From Piromyces finnis finn (Eukaryota > Fungi > Neocallimastigomycota), in contig MCFH01000019.1 of NCBI GenBank assembly GCA_002104945.1, forward strand, positions 372,001-436,000: DNA of 64,000 nt. Direction: 5' to 3'. The notes beneath the pieces were generated by a model, which saw nothing but the letters and a program-made list of their open reading frames with translations, searched no databases and was not told the DNA's origin. The translations under genes were made by a program, and so were the position numbers. How positions within the stretch are numbered: the stretch's first letter is position 1; each line of letters opens with the position of its first letter. Positions 14,154 through 27,200 of this stretch are shown here, piece after piece.

Positions 14154-16195
14154 CAATTAATAATTTTTTTTAATAATATTAATAATATAAAAATATAAAA
14201 ATAGTATAGTATTAATCGGTTTGTTTTGTAGTAGTAGTAGTAGTAGTAGTAGTAGTAATAACCAATAATTATAATATTTTATTTTGTTATATTTAAAAGA
14301 TTGAATTTTATTTTACAATTTTCATGGAACAAGCATCAATAACAGAATCTTCACCATCATTATCTCTATTATACTGAAAAAAAGATTAATAATAAATTGA
14401 TTTAATATAAAATCATTTGAATTGTTTTATTATTATTTTACTTTTTATAATTTTTTAAAATTATTTATAATAATAATAAAAAAAAAAATTATTTGGATAG
14501 ATTTACAGTTAATTGACCATCACCAACCATACCAGAAATTCTTGGGAAAGCATACTATCATATATATAATATAATTTATGATTATATAAAAAAGTTATTT
14601 TTTTTTAGGTCTTTTTCATTTAAAATACTTTTATTATATATATATAACAGTAATTATTATTTTTGATAATATATTATAAAAAAAAAAGGAAATAATAATA
14701 AGTAAAAAAAAACAAAACAAAAAAACAAACATACACCATGTTTTGAATTAGCAAAAGTATCTAAATAAAATATAAAAAAAAAATATAATAGAGAAATATT
14801 AATAATATTAAAAAATTTTTTTTTGTTTCATTTATAAAAATAAAATATAACATTATTTAGATAGAAAAAAAAAAAAAAGACTTACCAAAAAATATACCCA
14901 TTCCTTTAAAGTTTTGAATATTTCCAAAAGCATCACCTTCAACAGCTCTTTCTTTAGAATAGAAGAAAGCAAAACCATCACCATTATTGTTATTTTTACC
15001 ATGAATCTTTTTTTTATTATAAATTATATTAAAAAAAAAGAAATAAAATATTATTATTCTTGTTTGAAGAATATTGTCAAAAAATATTTTAATTATATTA
15101 TTATAGTATCCTTTATAATTTGATTGAAAACTATAATTCTTGACATATATTATAAAAAAAAAAGATAAATATATATATATATATTTAAATTACTTTATAT
15201 TCAAATTCAATTTCCCAACTACTAGATATTAATGGAACTTTTGACCATAACCATCCTTGTTTTGAGGGTAAATTTGGAGTTAAACGAATATAATTGTTAA
15301 TTTCCATAATAGTAGAATTACCAAAACTCCAATCACTAGATAAAGTATAATAATTATAGAGGAAAAAAAAAAAAAGGAATAAGAATAGATATTAATATAC
15401 TTTTTTTTTTTTTCAACAATAATAAATATATATTCATCATCATTATTATTATTTTATAGTTTTTTCTTTTCTTTTATTGTCTATTTTATTTAATTTTTAT
15501 TTTTTCTTCCATTTTATTCATCCTATTTTATTGCTATACCCATTTAATAAATAATGATAAAAAAAAACAACATATCTATAATATCTCAATATATATTTCT
15601 TCTATCAAGTTGTATTGACGTGTTTGCATTATTCCATACTAATAATAATATTCAAATGTTTTTATATATATATTATTCTTTTTTCTTTTTTTCTTTTTCT
15701 TTTGTATTAATATATTAGCTCTTTATTTTCTTTAATTATTGATGGTTCATCCATTTCATTTATTCTCATCCTTTGAAATATAAAATATATACATCTTATT
15801 TTAAAATACTCCTATTCCATTATATCTATTATGTTTACTTCTTTTATTATTTTGAATATATAACTATAGTAATAAAAATAAAATAAAAGAATGTTTTAAT
15901 AATATTTTACACATTTCTTAAACCTTGGTCTATACATTATATATTTTCAAGTAATAATAATAGTAATAGTAAATATATATATATAAATATTGTAAAAATG
16001 AACATATTAGTCTATAGTTTTTTTTTTTTTAAATTAATTAATAATAATGAAAACAAAAAAAAAAAAATTACTGATATATGGTGGTTTTAAACTCAAATTC
16101 TTTATATCATAATACATCACACTGTCATCAGATACGACAGACTTGGCAAGCAAAGATATTACAAGGGCGAAACTAGAAATAGTTTTTGAAAACAT
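13325..16195 (-). CDS. L-type (legume-like) lectin cargo receptor, VIP36/LMAN2/ERGIC-53/Emp46-47 family, type I membrane protein
   Basis: Signal peptide MFSKTISSFALVISLLAKSVVS. Spliced exons give LSLKPPYINQGLRNVDWSFG (19-nt exon 15911-15929), YIRLTPNLPSKQGWLWSKVP, WEIEFEYK, GDGFAFFY, FKGMGIFFDTFAN, FPRISGMVGDG and GYIGFTASTGEASDNHDIISV. A C-terminal TM segment FSIFVIGLLLTICGFVIYTL is followed by a short tail. Not seen in the ORF track because the exons are short. Confidence 0.92.
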
Positions 16196-16677
16196 TTTTT
16201 TTTTTATTCCAAAAAAAAAAAAAAAGTATATACTTTTTATAATGTTCTTAAAGTAAAAAAGGATAAAAGTAAAAAAAAAAAGATTTTTTTTTCTTTTTCA
16301 TAAAAAAATAAATATATATATATGTATATGTAAATTTATATAAAATACTTTTAAATAATATAAAGTATAAAAAGTTTAAAAAAAGGAAAAAAAAAAAGTT
16401 TATAAAGGTGTTAGTAATACCTTGTATAAATATTGAAAATAAAGGTCAAATAAAAAGCAAAATGTATAAATAAACGTAAATATACAAACATAAATATAAA
16501 CATTAATATAGGTATATAGAAATAATAATGATAAAATAAAAAATCATCTAATTTTCTTTTCCCTTTTCCCTTTTCCCTTTTTTTAATTATAAATTAAAAA
16601 TTTTAATATTTAAAAAGTTGGTAAGTTTTTAAATTAAAAATTTAATTTAATAAAATAAATTTAATTTTTTTTTATTT

Positions 16678-16807
16678 AATATATGTCCTAGATTTATGAA
16701 GGATTTAACCAGAATTTCTGGCCAGGAAAAATTGAACACTAGACAGAAATTTAACCATGAATAATTAAGGTGAAATTTTTATATTTTAAAAATCTAGGAC
16801 ATATATT
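16678..16807. repeat. 130-bp segment bounded by a perfect 18-bp inverted repeat
   Basis: aatatatgtcctagattt (16678-16695) and aaatctaggacatatatt (16790-16807). Confidence 0.75.
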
Positions 16808-17008
16808 TGAATCTAGTAAAATTAACAAGGACACCAACCAGCGCCAGCAAGACATCTATTAGTAAAAAAAAAAAAAAAGGTGTTGAGAAAATAAATGGTT
16901 AATGGTTATTTTTTCTTTTTTTTATGTATATTAATAAATCATTGCCATTCTGGTAGAAGAAATTGTAATAATAATAATAATAGAAAATAGATAAAAAAAA
17001 AAAAGAGA

Positions 17009-17070
<62 letters not shown>
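17009..17070. repeat. (ATT)n microsatellite, about 20 units
   Basis: Direct reading. Many shorter (AAT)n, (TA)n, (GTA)n, (TTTA)n and poly-A/T runs occur throughout, e.g. T39 at 14115-14153. Confidence 0.9.
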
Positions 17071-17071
<1 letters not shown>

Positions 17072-17663
17072 ATTGATATAAAGAAAAAATGAATAAGCAT
17101 TATATATAGATATTTTTTTTAAAAAAAAAAAGAGTAGTAATAGGTAACACTTTTTATCTTGATTTAACACATATTATAGATTGCTGACTTTTTTATTCAT
17201 ACTTTTTTTTTTATATATATTTTAAACATAAAAAGAAAAATGTGTTAACCGTGAAAATTCATATTATATATATAATAAATATGCATTTTTTTGTTTATTA
17301 ATTTAAATTTTTAAAACAAATATTTTTAAAGGATTTATAAATAGTATATAATTAATTATAAAGCTTTTTCTTCCTCTTACTATTATTAAATAATTACAGA
17401 TTAAAGTATAATAAAACAAGAGAATTCATTAATTTAAGGGAAGATATTGAAAAGGATGGTAAAGATCATACAAATTAAATATATAAATATAAATATATAA
17501 ATAATTATTTTTATTTGGGTATAAAATTATTATTATTATTATTTTACATAAATTGTGATAACTCTATTGAAATGGATCCTTTTTATTGTTTATAAGTGAA
17601 ATAAAAATTATAATTATATTAATGAGAAAAAAAAACCTATATGTTTCATTATTGATTATAATA

Positions 17664-17703
<40 letters not shown>

Positions 17704-17716
17704 CATGGGAAAATGA

Positions 17717-19025
17717 TTATTTGGATAATTCATAAAGGTTAGACATACTTTCTAATTTTACATTTCTGATATTTAAAAATTTTGATATGAATTCCATGAT
17801 GGCTCTTGTTTCAACCTAGAAAACATATAAATTTATAATATTAAACATATAAATTAGACAATTATAATTCAAATACCTTTTATATATTTTGAAGATTTTG
17901 TATTGTATTCATTACCTGGGATGAAACCATATTATGATTTTTTCCTGGAATAATTTTATGATTAAATTCTCCACATAAAGATTTAATAAATTGGGCCTAG
18001 AATTATTTATTTGATGATTATTAAACGTATAAAATAGAGTTTAAAAATTAAATATTAAAATAAAAAAAAAAAAAATTGTTTTGATAATGCAAATAATTAT
18101 TTTTATAATATATTATAATAGTTAAAAAAAAAAAAAAAAATTTTTGAAGAAAATTAACAAGCAACTAAACTTACATTATCCTGAGCTTCTCTAACACTAA
18201 TGGTTTCATCTGCAGAACCTTGAGTAATAAAAATTGGGACACTTTTGTTTATAGTGTTCCACTTTTCTTGACATCCTTTTATACCTAATCTTTTTTCTTC
18301 TTCTAATAAATAACCACTAATACTGATAACACCTCCTATGGCAGCTTTAGCTCCAAAAATGGCAGAATCTAAAGCTATTGTACCCCCTTGTGAAAAACCA
18401 AAAAAGAAAATTTGACGATAATTATATTTATATCTATTGACTAATTCTTCAACGAATTTAGATACCATATCTCTTGTTTTTAATAATCCTTGCATTCTGT
18501 AGGGTGAAGCACTTGTTAATACTATTTATATAATGGAGGAAAAAAAATATATATCGATTTTATTATAGGAATTATTAGAGATAGTTTCATTATTAAAATA
18601 AGATATAAAAATTTGAAAAAAAAAAAAAAAAAAAAAAATTATTTCATTTATATTATTTTAAATTTATATATATATAAAAGGACATTTACGTTCTCCATAA
18701 TTATCAAAAGAAGGATACCAAGCTGTACCTTCATCGAAATAAGGAATTGGAAATGGTGCTTCAAGGGCAACAATAGCCGTTTGAGGTAAATTTATTTTTT
18801 TACCAAAATTTAAGAAATTGGAAGGATTATCCCCTTTTTTTTTTTGTTAGGATTATTTTAATTATTTATTTTTTGAAAAGTTTATTTTAACAATGGTATT
18901 GTATTTTCCAGTTTATATAAAATTTTTTCATTTTATAATTAAATAAATAAAAAAATTATAACATTATATAATATGTATAAAAAAAAAAAGAATATTTCAA
19001 TTAAAAATAAATATATAAAAATACA

Positions 19026-19064
<39 letters not shown>

Positions 19065-19248
19065 TCCTCTATTTTTTTACGTATATATATTTTAATATCA
19101 ACTTACCGAGTCCGTGAAAAAGAACAAGAATGTTATTATTAAATTTATCTTTACTATCAGCATATTTAAATTTACAAAAATTGAAATCTGAAGATTTTAA
19201 TGGGTCATGATTAACACTTTTTATATATTCCTTAACATTAATATCCAT
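17717..19248 (-). CDS. Phospholipase/carboxylesterase (alpha/beta hydrolase, acyl-protein thioesterase-like), 5 exons
   Basis: Spliced product has ILVLFHGLGDNPSNF, VALEAPFPIP...AWYPSFD, nucleophile motif GFSQGG, acid in QGSADETI and His in GKNHNM, giving an intact Ser-Asp-His triad. Confidence 0.9.
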
Positions 19249-20459
19249 ATTTTTATTTATTTTATATCAAAGTAGTTTAATAAATAATTGATGCTAATAG
19301 CAAGAACACTAATTTTATTATATATATTATTTTTATAATTTTAATAAAAAGAAATGTGTAAAAATTTTAAGTTTTTTTTTTAATAATAATTAAATTTTTT
19401 ATAATTAAAAATAGGATATGATTGGAAAAAATTAATTTATTAAAAAATAGGTTCATTTTCAAATTAGCAACTTTTTTTTTTATTATAAAAAAAGTAAATA
19501 TGGATGATGTTGTAAAAAGAACTATATTTATATTCTCAATAAAACAATGATTTCTTTTCTTTTTTAAAAAAAAGACTTTTATAAACAAAAAGAAAAAAAA
19601 AAAAAAAACCACACCATTAGTTTTGAAAGAAAGAAAGGGAAAACCAACCAAAGTACTTTTTTTCTAAAAATAAAAATAATTAAAAAAAATAAAAATACTT
19701 TTATTGAATATGACGATGATATTTCTAATTACTTTTACAATGGAAAGGACACTTTTGATCTAATATTTTAATAACCTCTTTAAAGTTTAAACAATTATTC
19801 GCAATGCTATATTCCCTAGATAATTAAAATAAAATAACATATTGTTTCTTGTTTTATTCTATTATATATTTTAGAATTTTCATTAATAAAAAGACTTTTA
19901 CAGATTCAATAGTATTAGTCTTGATATACATTTTAAATGGTTGGAGTAGTAGTGTTCATTTTCTTTTCAATATTAAAAAGAAAAAAAATAGTTGTACTTT
20001 GAGGTATCAAAGACTTTAATTACTACCCTCTTTTAAATATATCCCTGATTTATCCAAATAGTAAAATCTTTATCATTCAATATACCAAAAAATAAATGAA
20101 AAACTTTCTATACAATAATTATTCTTAATTTTACTATCAATGATAAATAATTTAATATATATTCCAAATTTTTTTTTTTTTTTTTTTTGGCTAAACACTG
20201 CATTTTACTTTATATAATTTAATATGAAAAATACTTTTTTTTTTAATGCATTTTTTATTGCTTATTTTATTTTGTTTGCTTAAAAATTGATTTGAATATA
20301 GTTTAATAAAACAATTTTTTAAATTTGTTTCTTAATTCATTAATCAATTAATAAACTAATAATAGGTATTGATTATATTTAAATAATATATCACAAAATT
20401 GTTAATATATTTTTTAATGTCAGTTTTTTGGTAACTTAAAATTAGTTTTTTTAATTAAT

Positions 20460-21328
20460 TTAGTTAATCTTGAGTAATTCAACCTATTTAATTAACATAA
20501 ATAAATAAATAAAAAAAAGAATATTTAGTTAATACTAGTTTAAATACCCTTTTATTTTCCAATTATAAATATAATTTCGAATTTTTTCTTCTTTCCACTT
20601 ACATCAAAGACAAGAGTAGCCTTTGGTGGGATAACACCACCAATACCGTATTCACCGTAAGCATCTTCGTAGGTCTACATTTTAAAAATAATAGAAAATA
20701 GAGTTGTTAGTTATTATATCAGAAAAATATTTTTTTCCATCATCTTAATGCTACGTCTATTATACATACGATGGTAAGAACAGCTTGTTCACCAAGACTC
20801 ATTTCTGGAACAGCCTTATCCCAACCAGAGATAACTCTACCAACACCAATTTGAGTAACGAATGGAGTTCCACGGTCACGGGAGGAATCGAATTTTCTAC
20901 CATCTGGGAACTATTTGTTCATATATATAAGAATAAAATTTCATAAATAAAATTGAACTATTACCCAATGACATACATATATATTTTTTTCTTTCTTTAA
21001 AAGAAAATGATACTTACAGTACCAGTGTCTATAAAAATATTGATTTTTCGTTTTTAATTAATATAAATTGTTTTTTAAAAAAATATTAATAATTATTGAA
21101 TACAACATTGTTGCTAAAGTATTAAATATTTATACATATTAATTAATAAAAAATACTTACAGTGCATGGTAACAGTGTCACCCTAATTTTTATATTAAAA
21201 AAATTTTTTTAACATTATTAGTTGACAATTCAAAATTTTCGTCTCCAATAATAAAAATTTAAAATACTAACCTTCTTTGGGTAGTGGACACCATCTCCAG
21301 CCTTCTTAATTTCCTTAGTGTAAGCCAT
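20460..21328 (-). CDS. FPR1: FKBP12-type peptidyl-prolyl cis-trans isomerase, 108 aa, 6 exons
   Basis: Exons 21328-21272, 21182-21161, 21028-21018 (11 nt), 20910-20770, 20674-20603 and 20483-20460 total 327 nt. Motifs: [63 protein letters not shown]. Confidence 0.97.
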
Positions 21329-22521
21329 TTTCTATTTTATAAATATATAAAAGGTTTATTAGAATTCAATTTTCAAAGAATAAAAAATAGATTGATTTCA
21401 TAAAAATAGCATATAAACTTGAATTAGTTTTAAAAAAAAAAGTTTATTTTAATTTCAAAGTATATATAAATGGTTATTTCTTATTCCTATCTTTTTTTTT
21501 TTTTGCTTTTGCCTTTATTAAAGCATAAAATGCTTTATATTCATCAAATTCTCCAAAGATTTATAGATTTACTTTTAAATTGTGATCTTATTTACCTTTT
21601 ATAAAATTGAGTTATAATAAATAATGAAAAAAATTATAAGAAAAAAATAATGAGAGAATTTTTCTGCTTTTAAATATTCCTAAAAATGATGGTGAAATCT
21701 TTTTCAAATTTTAAAATTAATGAGATCAATTAAATAATTTAACAAAATAGTATATTACATTATACTGTAATATATATTTTTTAAATAGAAAAGAAAATAA
21801 ATTAAATTTAATTATTTTTAATTCATTCAAATTTTATAGATAAAATGAATAAATTGCTCTATTTAATTGAATGTATTGTTTATATATGGATTATATATTA
21901 TTAAATTAAATAAGAGATCTAAATTAAATGATGCTGGTTACTGGATAATCCATCATTTTTTCCAATCATATTGGTTGAATCATAAATATATGTAATAAAT
22001 AGAATAAATCATATGTAATACATGTGATATATACTTTACTATTTGGATTGTTAGCAATTACTAGAAAAAAAGGCTATTTCCATAAAACCTAATAAAAATA
22101 CATTTAAAATATATCAATAAAAAGAAAAGAGAGATGTACCTTTAAATAAAATAGATCATTTATAATAAAAATAGAATATGTCAATAAAATGTATAAAATC
22201 GTAGAGTAACATGTCATGTCATTTAATAAAATTCTTATTTTAATTTATATGACATCAATGTATACATAACGTGTTATATTACTCATTTTTGTATTTGAAA
22301 TTAAAAATTCAATTTTTAGCCAATGAACGGTAATCTTTTTCTTCATTATTATTCTCTTGTATTTTTATTTTATTAATAAAATACTACACTTTTTAAAATT
22401 ACACAAGAGCGGAAAAAAAAAAAGAGCGTGTATAACAATATACAAATTCAAAAAATTGTGATATTAAATAAAACAAAAGTATATTCAATTTTTAAAGTAT
22501 AAAATAACAACATAAACAATA

Positions 22522-23665
22522 ATGGCTGATATTAAGGTAGATGTTTATAGTGATATTGCATGTCCATGGTAAATTTTTATCCATTTTTTAATTATACATC
22601 ATTTTTATTTTTTAGTTGAATGGAAATTTAATAGTATATGAAGCATAGATAATTATCTTAAATTGACTATGTCAAATTATAGTAATTTTGGAAAACTAAA
22701 ACATTTCCTTTTTTTTTGATAACAAATGAAATTAATTTTTTTTTTTTTAAAAAAAAAAAAAAAAGAAATGTCATTAAAAAAAAATATGAAAATATAAATT
22801 TATTAGTTTTTTTTTAAAAAAAAAAATAAAAAGAAATAAACAATTTGTATTATTATTACTGCTTATATATTTACTTAATATTCTTTTTTTATATATATAT
22901 AAAAAAAAAATTAAAATGAAAAAAGGTGCTATGTCGGTAGACAAAAATACCATATTGCTTTAGAAAAAATGAAAAGTTCATATCCAGAAATTAAAATTGA
23001 AACTGTTTGGCATCCATATATGATTGATCCAGCTACCAAGTCTAATGGTGAAAAGTACATGGACTACAATGTAAGACGTTGGGGTGGAGGTAATAAATAA
23101 AATAATAATAATAAACTATTGATAGACTTTTTTTTTTATTATTATTAAAAAATTTTTATTTTATTTTATTTTTTATATTTTTTTTTTTAAATAATAAATA
23201 TGGTATATGTATATATATATATTAAAAAAAAAAAAAAAAGATGGTTGGACCTATGAACTTAGAGATGCTGGTAAACCAGTTGGTGCAAATTTTGCTAATT
23301 GGAAGACTTGGCCAAATACTTTATTAAGTCATTGTTTAGTTACTACTGTTCTCGATAAAACAAATGATTCAGCTAAGGGAGATGAAGCTGTTGCTGCTTT
23401 ATTTGAAGCTACTTATGAAAAGGGTGAAAATGTTAGTGATCCAAGTGTTGTTGCTAGAATTGGTAAAGAAAAATTTGGTTTAGAAGAATCAGAATGGAAT
23501 AATGATGAACGTAAAAGAATTGTTAAACAAAAAGATATTTTTGCTAAAAGAGAAATGGGTATTTCTGGTGTTCCTTACTTTGTTATAAATGAAAAGTATG
23601 TTTTACACGGTGCTCAAAGTCAACATGTCTTCTTTAACGCCTTTAAGAAAGTTGCTGGACTTTAA
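22522..23665 (+). CDS. DsbA-family (FrnE-like) thioredoxin-fold oxidoreductase, 211 aa, 3 exons
   Basis: Exons 22522-22568, 22926-23089 and 23241-23665 total 636 nt. IKVDVYSDIACPWCYVG (CPWC split by intron 1), WHPYMIDP, cis-Pro loop GISGVPYFVINEKYVLHGAQ. No signal peptide. Confidence 0.92.
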
Positions 23666-24293
23666 AAAACATTTTACAACATTAAATGTTTTTTTTTTTT
23701 TTTTTTTTTTTTTTATTTTATTTTCCAATACAAATAAAAATAGTAACAAACTAATAAAAAAAAAATCATTAACAAAAAGTAATTAACCTTTTTTTTTTTT
23801 TTTTTTTTTAATACTTGATAAAATTAATCCTTTAAAAACAAAAAACAAATAAAATAAAAATTAATTTTTTTTTATATATTTTATAAATTTATTATTTTAT
23901 TATATATCGTTTTTCTTTTGGGTTTTTTGAAGTGTTTTTTTTTTTTTTTTGGTTTTTGGTTTTTTTTTTTTAGATATAATTATTTAAATGGAATTAGAGT
24001 TTAAGAATTCAAAATAATATTAAAAAAAAAAAAAAAACATATATTATTCTAAAACTATTAAAAAAAAAAAAATTATAAAGTATAAAAATTAAGGATTTAA
24101 AAATAATAATAAAAAAAAGATTGAATGAATTTACATATATATTTAAAAAAATAAAATTGTAGATTTTTTTTTATAATACATTGTATTATTATTTTTCGAT
24201 ATAAATATATATATAATTTAAATTATATTTCTCATTAAATTATATAATGATTTCTGATTGTAAAAGAATAAAAAAATTATCCCCCTCCCTCAT

Positions 24294-27200
24294 CTATGAT
24301 TTCTTTAATAAATTAATGTACCATGAAGATCTCTTGTTAGCATTTGAATTTGGATCTAAATCACTGTAATGTGACATATTGGCATATCTTTAAAAAATAC
24401 AAAAATAAAAAAAAAAAAAATTAGATATTTTTTAAATATTGAGAAAAAAAAAAAAAGTCTCATTATATATTTCAAATTCAATTTATTTATATACCTTTCT
24501 TCAAAGTTTTCTTGTGGAACGTTTTGACCACCTCTTAATGGCTTAGCAATACGTGAAGCATTCCACATCCAACTATTATTGGATGAACTATTTTGAGCTC
24601 TAGCCTCTTGTAATCTTTCTCTCATAGCAGTTAATTGAGTATCGAACCTATAATAATAATTGTAGATAAGTATATACATTCATAAATAATAATAATAAAA
24701 AAAAAAAAAAAAGTATTTTACTTACTTTTGGTTTTGTAATGTTAACTTTTCTTGAGCGTCTTGTAAAAGATGTTCTAATGTTTGAATACGTTCATTTCTA
24801 GCCATTAATTTTCTATCAGCAACAACAATTTCCTTCTTTAAAGTTGAATTTTGTTCAACAAGCTGTTATAAAAGAATAAAAAAAAAATACATTTTTAATT
24901 ATTTTATTAGAAATCAATAGTTTGATTCTTGAAAATATTTTAATTTTTTTAATTAAAATAAAAAAAAGTTAAAAAAGAAAAATATAAATATAAATATATA
25001 TATATATATTTACTTGTTTTTGAACATTAGTTAATTGTTCCAAGTTACGTTCTAAGAAAGTCATCTTTTGTTGTTGAGTTTTATTATTACTACTACGTAA
25101 GATGGTGTTGTATTGTTCACGAGTTTCATCTAATGAAAGTTCTAATTCAACAACCTTTTCACATCTGTTTTGTAAATCTCTCATTAACTTCTTCTTCATG
25201 GTATCGAAATCAGCTAATTGTTGACCCATAGTTTGCTTAATTTTTTCTAATTCTTCTTCCTTCTTGGTTAAGTCTACTGGCTTGTTGCTATTAGCAGTCT
25301 TCTTTAAGTTTTCAAGAGCATTTTGAAGATTTTGGGTTTGTTGCTTAAGTTCATCAGACATTCTTTAGTAAAAACAAGGATATATATCAATATTCATTGA
25401 TTAATACATTAGACAAACTAGAGAATAATTATTGAATAATTTTTTAATATCTATTTAATAGGTTTTTATACATACTGTTCAAGATTAGCAATTTCTTCAT
25501 CCTTTTTACTAATAATTTCTTGGTATTTATTAATTTCTTGTTGTTGAGCTTCTTTCTTTTGATTATATTGCTTTTCTAATTTTTCCTGGATATTAATATA
25601 TATATATTAATATTATTAATATTTATAAATATGTTAACTATTTTCAAAATATTTACCTTTAATTCTTTAACAAAGTTTTCATCTCTTGTTTCACCAGCTT
25701 CATCTTCAGCAATAGTTTTTTCTAAACAAGAATATTATTAACATTTAATTCATAATCTTCATTGCAAATATATTAAACTACTACTATTGATTTAACAATA
25801 AATTCCTACCTAATAATTCTTCATATTCTAATTCTAATTGGTTCATTCTATTTTCCATATCACGTTGTTTCTTTACTAAATCGGAATTTTCTTCCTTTAA
25901 TAAAGTGGATTTGATGACTAATTCATTTAATAAGTTTTCTTGTTGGTTAGTCTTCTTGTTAGCTTCAATTAATTCTTCATATTGCTTTTGGATTTCTTCA
26001 GTTGTAGTTGGTAAAGCAATTTCTTGTGGTCTACCATCTAATTGAGAAAGAGCAGCTCTAATTTGCTTTTCCTTTTCATCAATTAAATTCTATGAAAAAA
26101 AAAAAAAAGATTAATAAATATATTTTCTTTTTTTTTTTTTTACTTTATTTTATATGATAGTTGAAATGTTATATTTACAGATGGAGCTAATTCAGCCATC
26201 ATCTTTGAAATCTTTTGGATCTTTAATTTTTCCTTTCCGTAATCAGCATCACCTCTGGTAGATTGAGCTTCAATTAATTGTTTCTAAGGCAATATTGAAA
26301 AATTTGAAATGTTAAAATAATTTAATTTACGATTTTTAATAGTTCGTGCTATTATTGAACAAGGTTTCCATACCTTTAATTCTTCAACTTCCTTTGAAAG
26401 TTCTTGATTACTTTCCTTTAAGGAGTCCATCATAATGGTAGTTTCCTTATTTTCAAAAGTAATCTTTTCTAATTGAATCTTGAAATCGTTAACCTTTGAA
26501 GACATTTCCTTGTTATCCTATTTAAAAGTATTGATATTCTTTATGAATAATGATTCTCTCACTATTTTATTTTTTGATATATAAAATATATGATATTTTA
26601 ATACTTACAGAAGACATTTGATTTTCTCTTTCTTTTAAGAAGGTTAATTCTTCCTTAAGATCTTCAGCAATCTTTCTAGCTTCCTTAAGTTCCTTTTCTT
26701 TTTCAGTTAATTGATCGGACATTTCACCTTCTCTTTTTAAAAATTCTTCACGTTCATCATCCATAAGTGGTGGTAAAGCTGGAGTAGCAGCTCTAGATGG
26801 AATATCAACATGGGATTGAACCTCACTTGGTGATTGAACATTATCAATGTATTTACCAGCTCCAGTCTTTTGGAATGAAACATATTGTTCTTTTGGAACA
26901 GTAGTACCAGATCTCCAAAGAGTAATTTCACCTTCTAAATCAGCAATGTAGGTTTGCATAGTAGCAAGCTTTCTCTTAACCTTTGTTAAAAGGGCTTTAA
27001 GTTCAGCTACACTTAATTCTTGGTTAATCTTGGCCTTATTCTTAATAGTCTTTGCTCTATTAATTGATTTAGAAAATAAATGTTACACATACATTAATAC
27101 GAAGTAAAATTAATATTATAATTGTGAATTTCAAAATATATATTGATATGATTTTAATTCCTTAATTAAAATCATAATAATTAATGAAAACTTTGATTTC

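Noticed and set aside
22522-22940. Possible selenocysteine in the DsbA CxxC motif
   Set aside because: The spliced codons are TGT CCA TGG TGC (CPWC), with no in-frame TGA.
25376-25390. ATATCCTT on the minus strand as a U12 (minor) intron signal
   Set aside because: It lies near the 3' end of an ordinary GT-AG kinesin intron, not at a donor. No AT-AC or GTATCCTT donors were found in the introns I traced.
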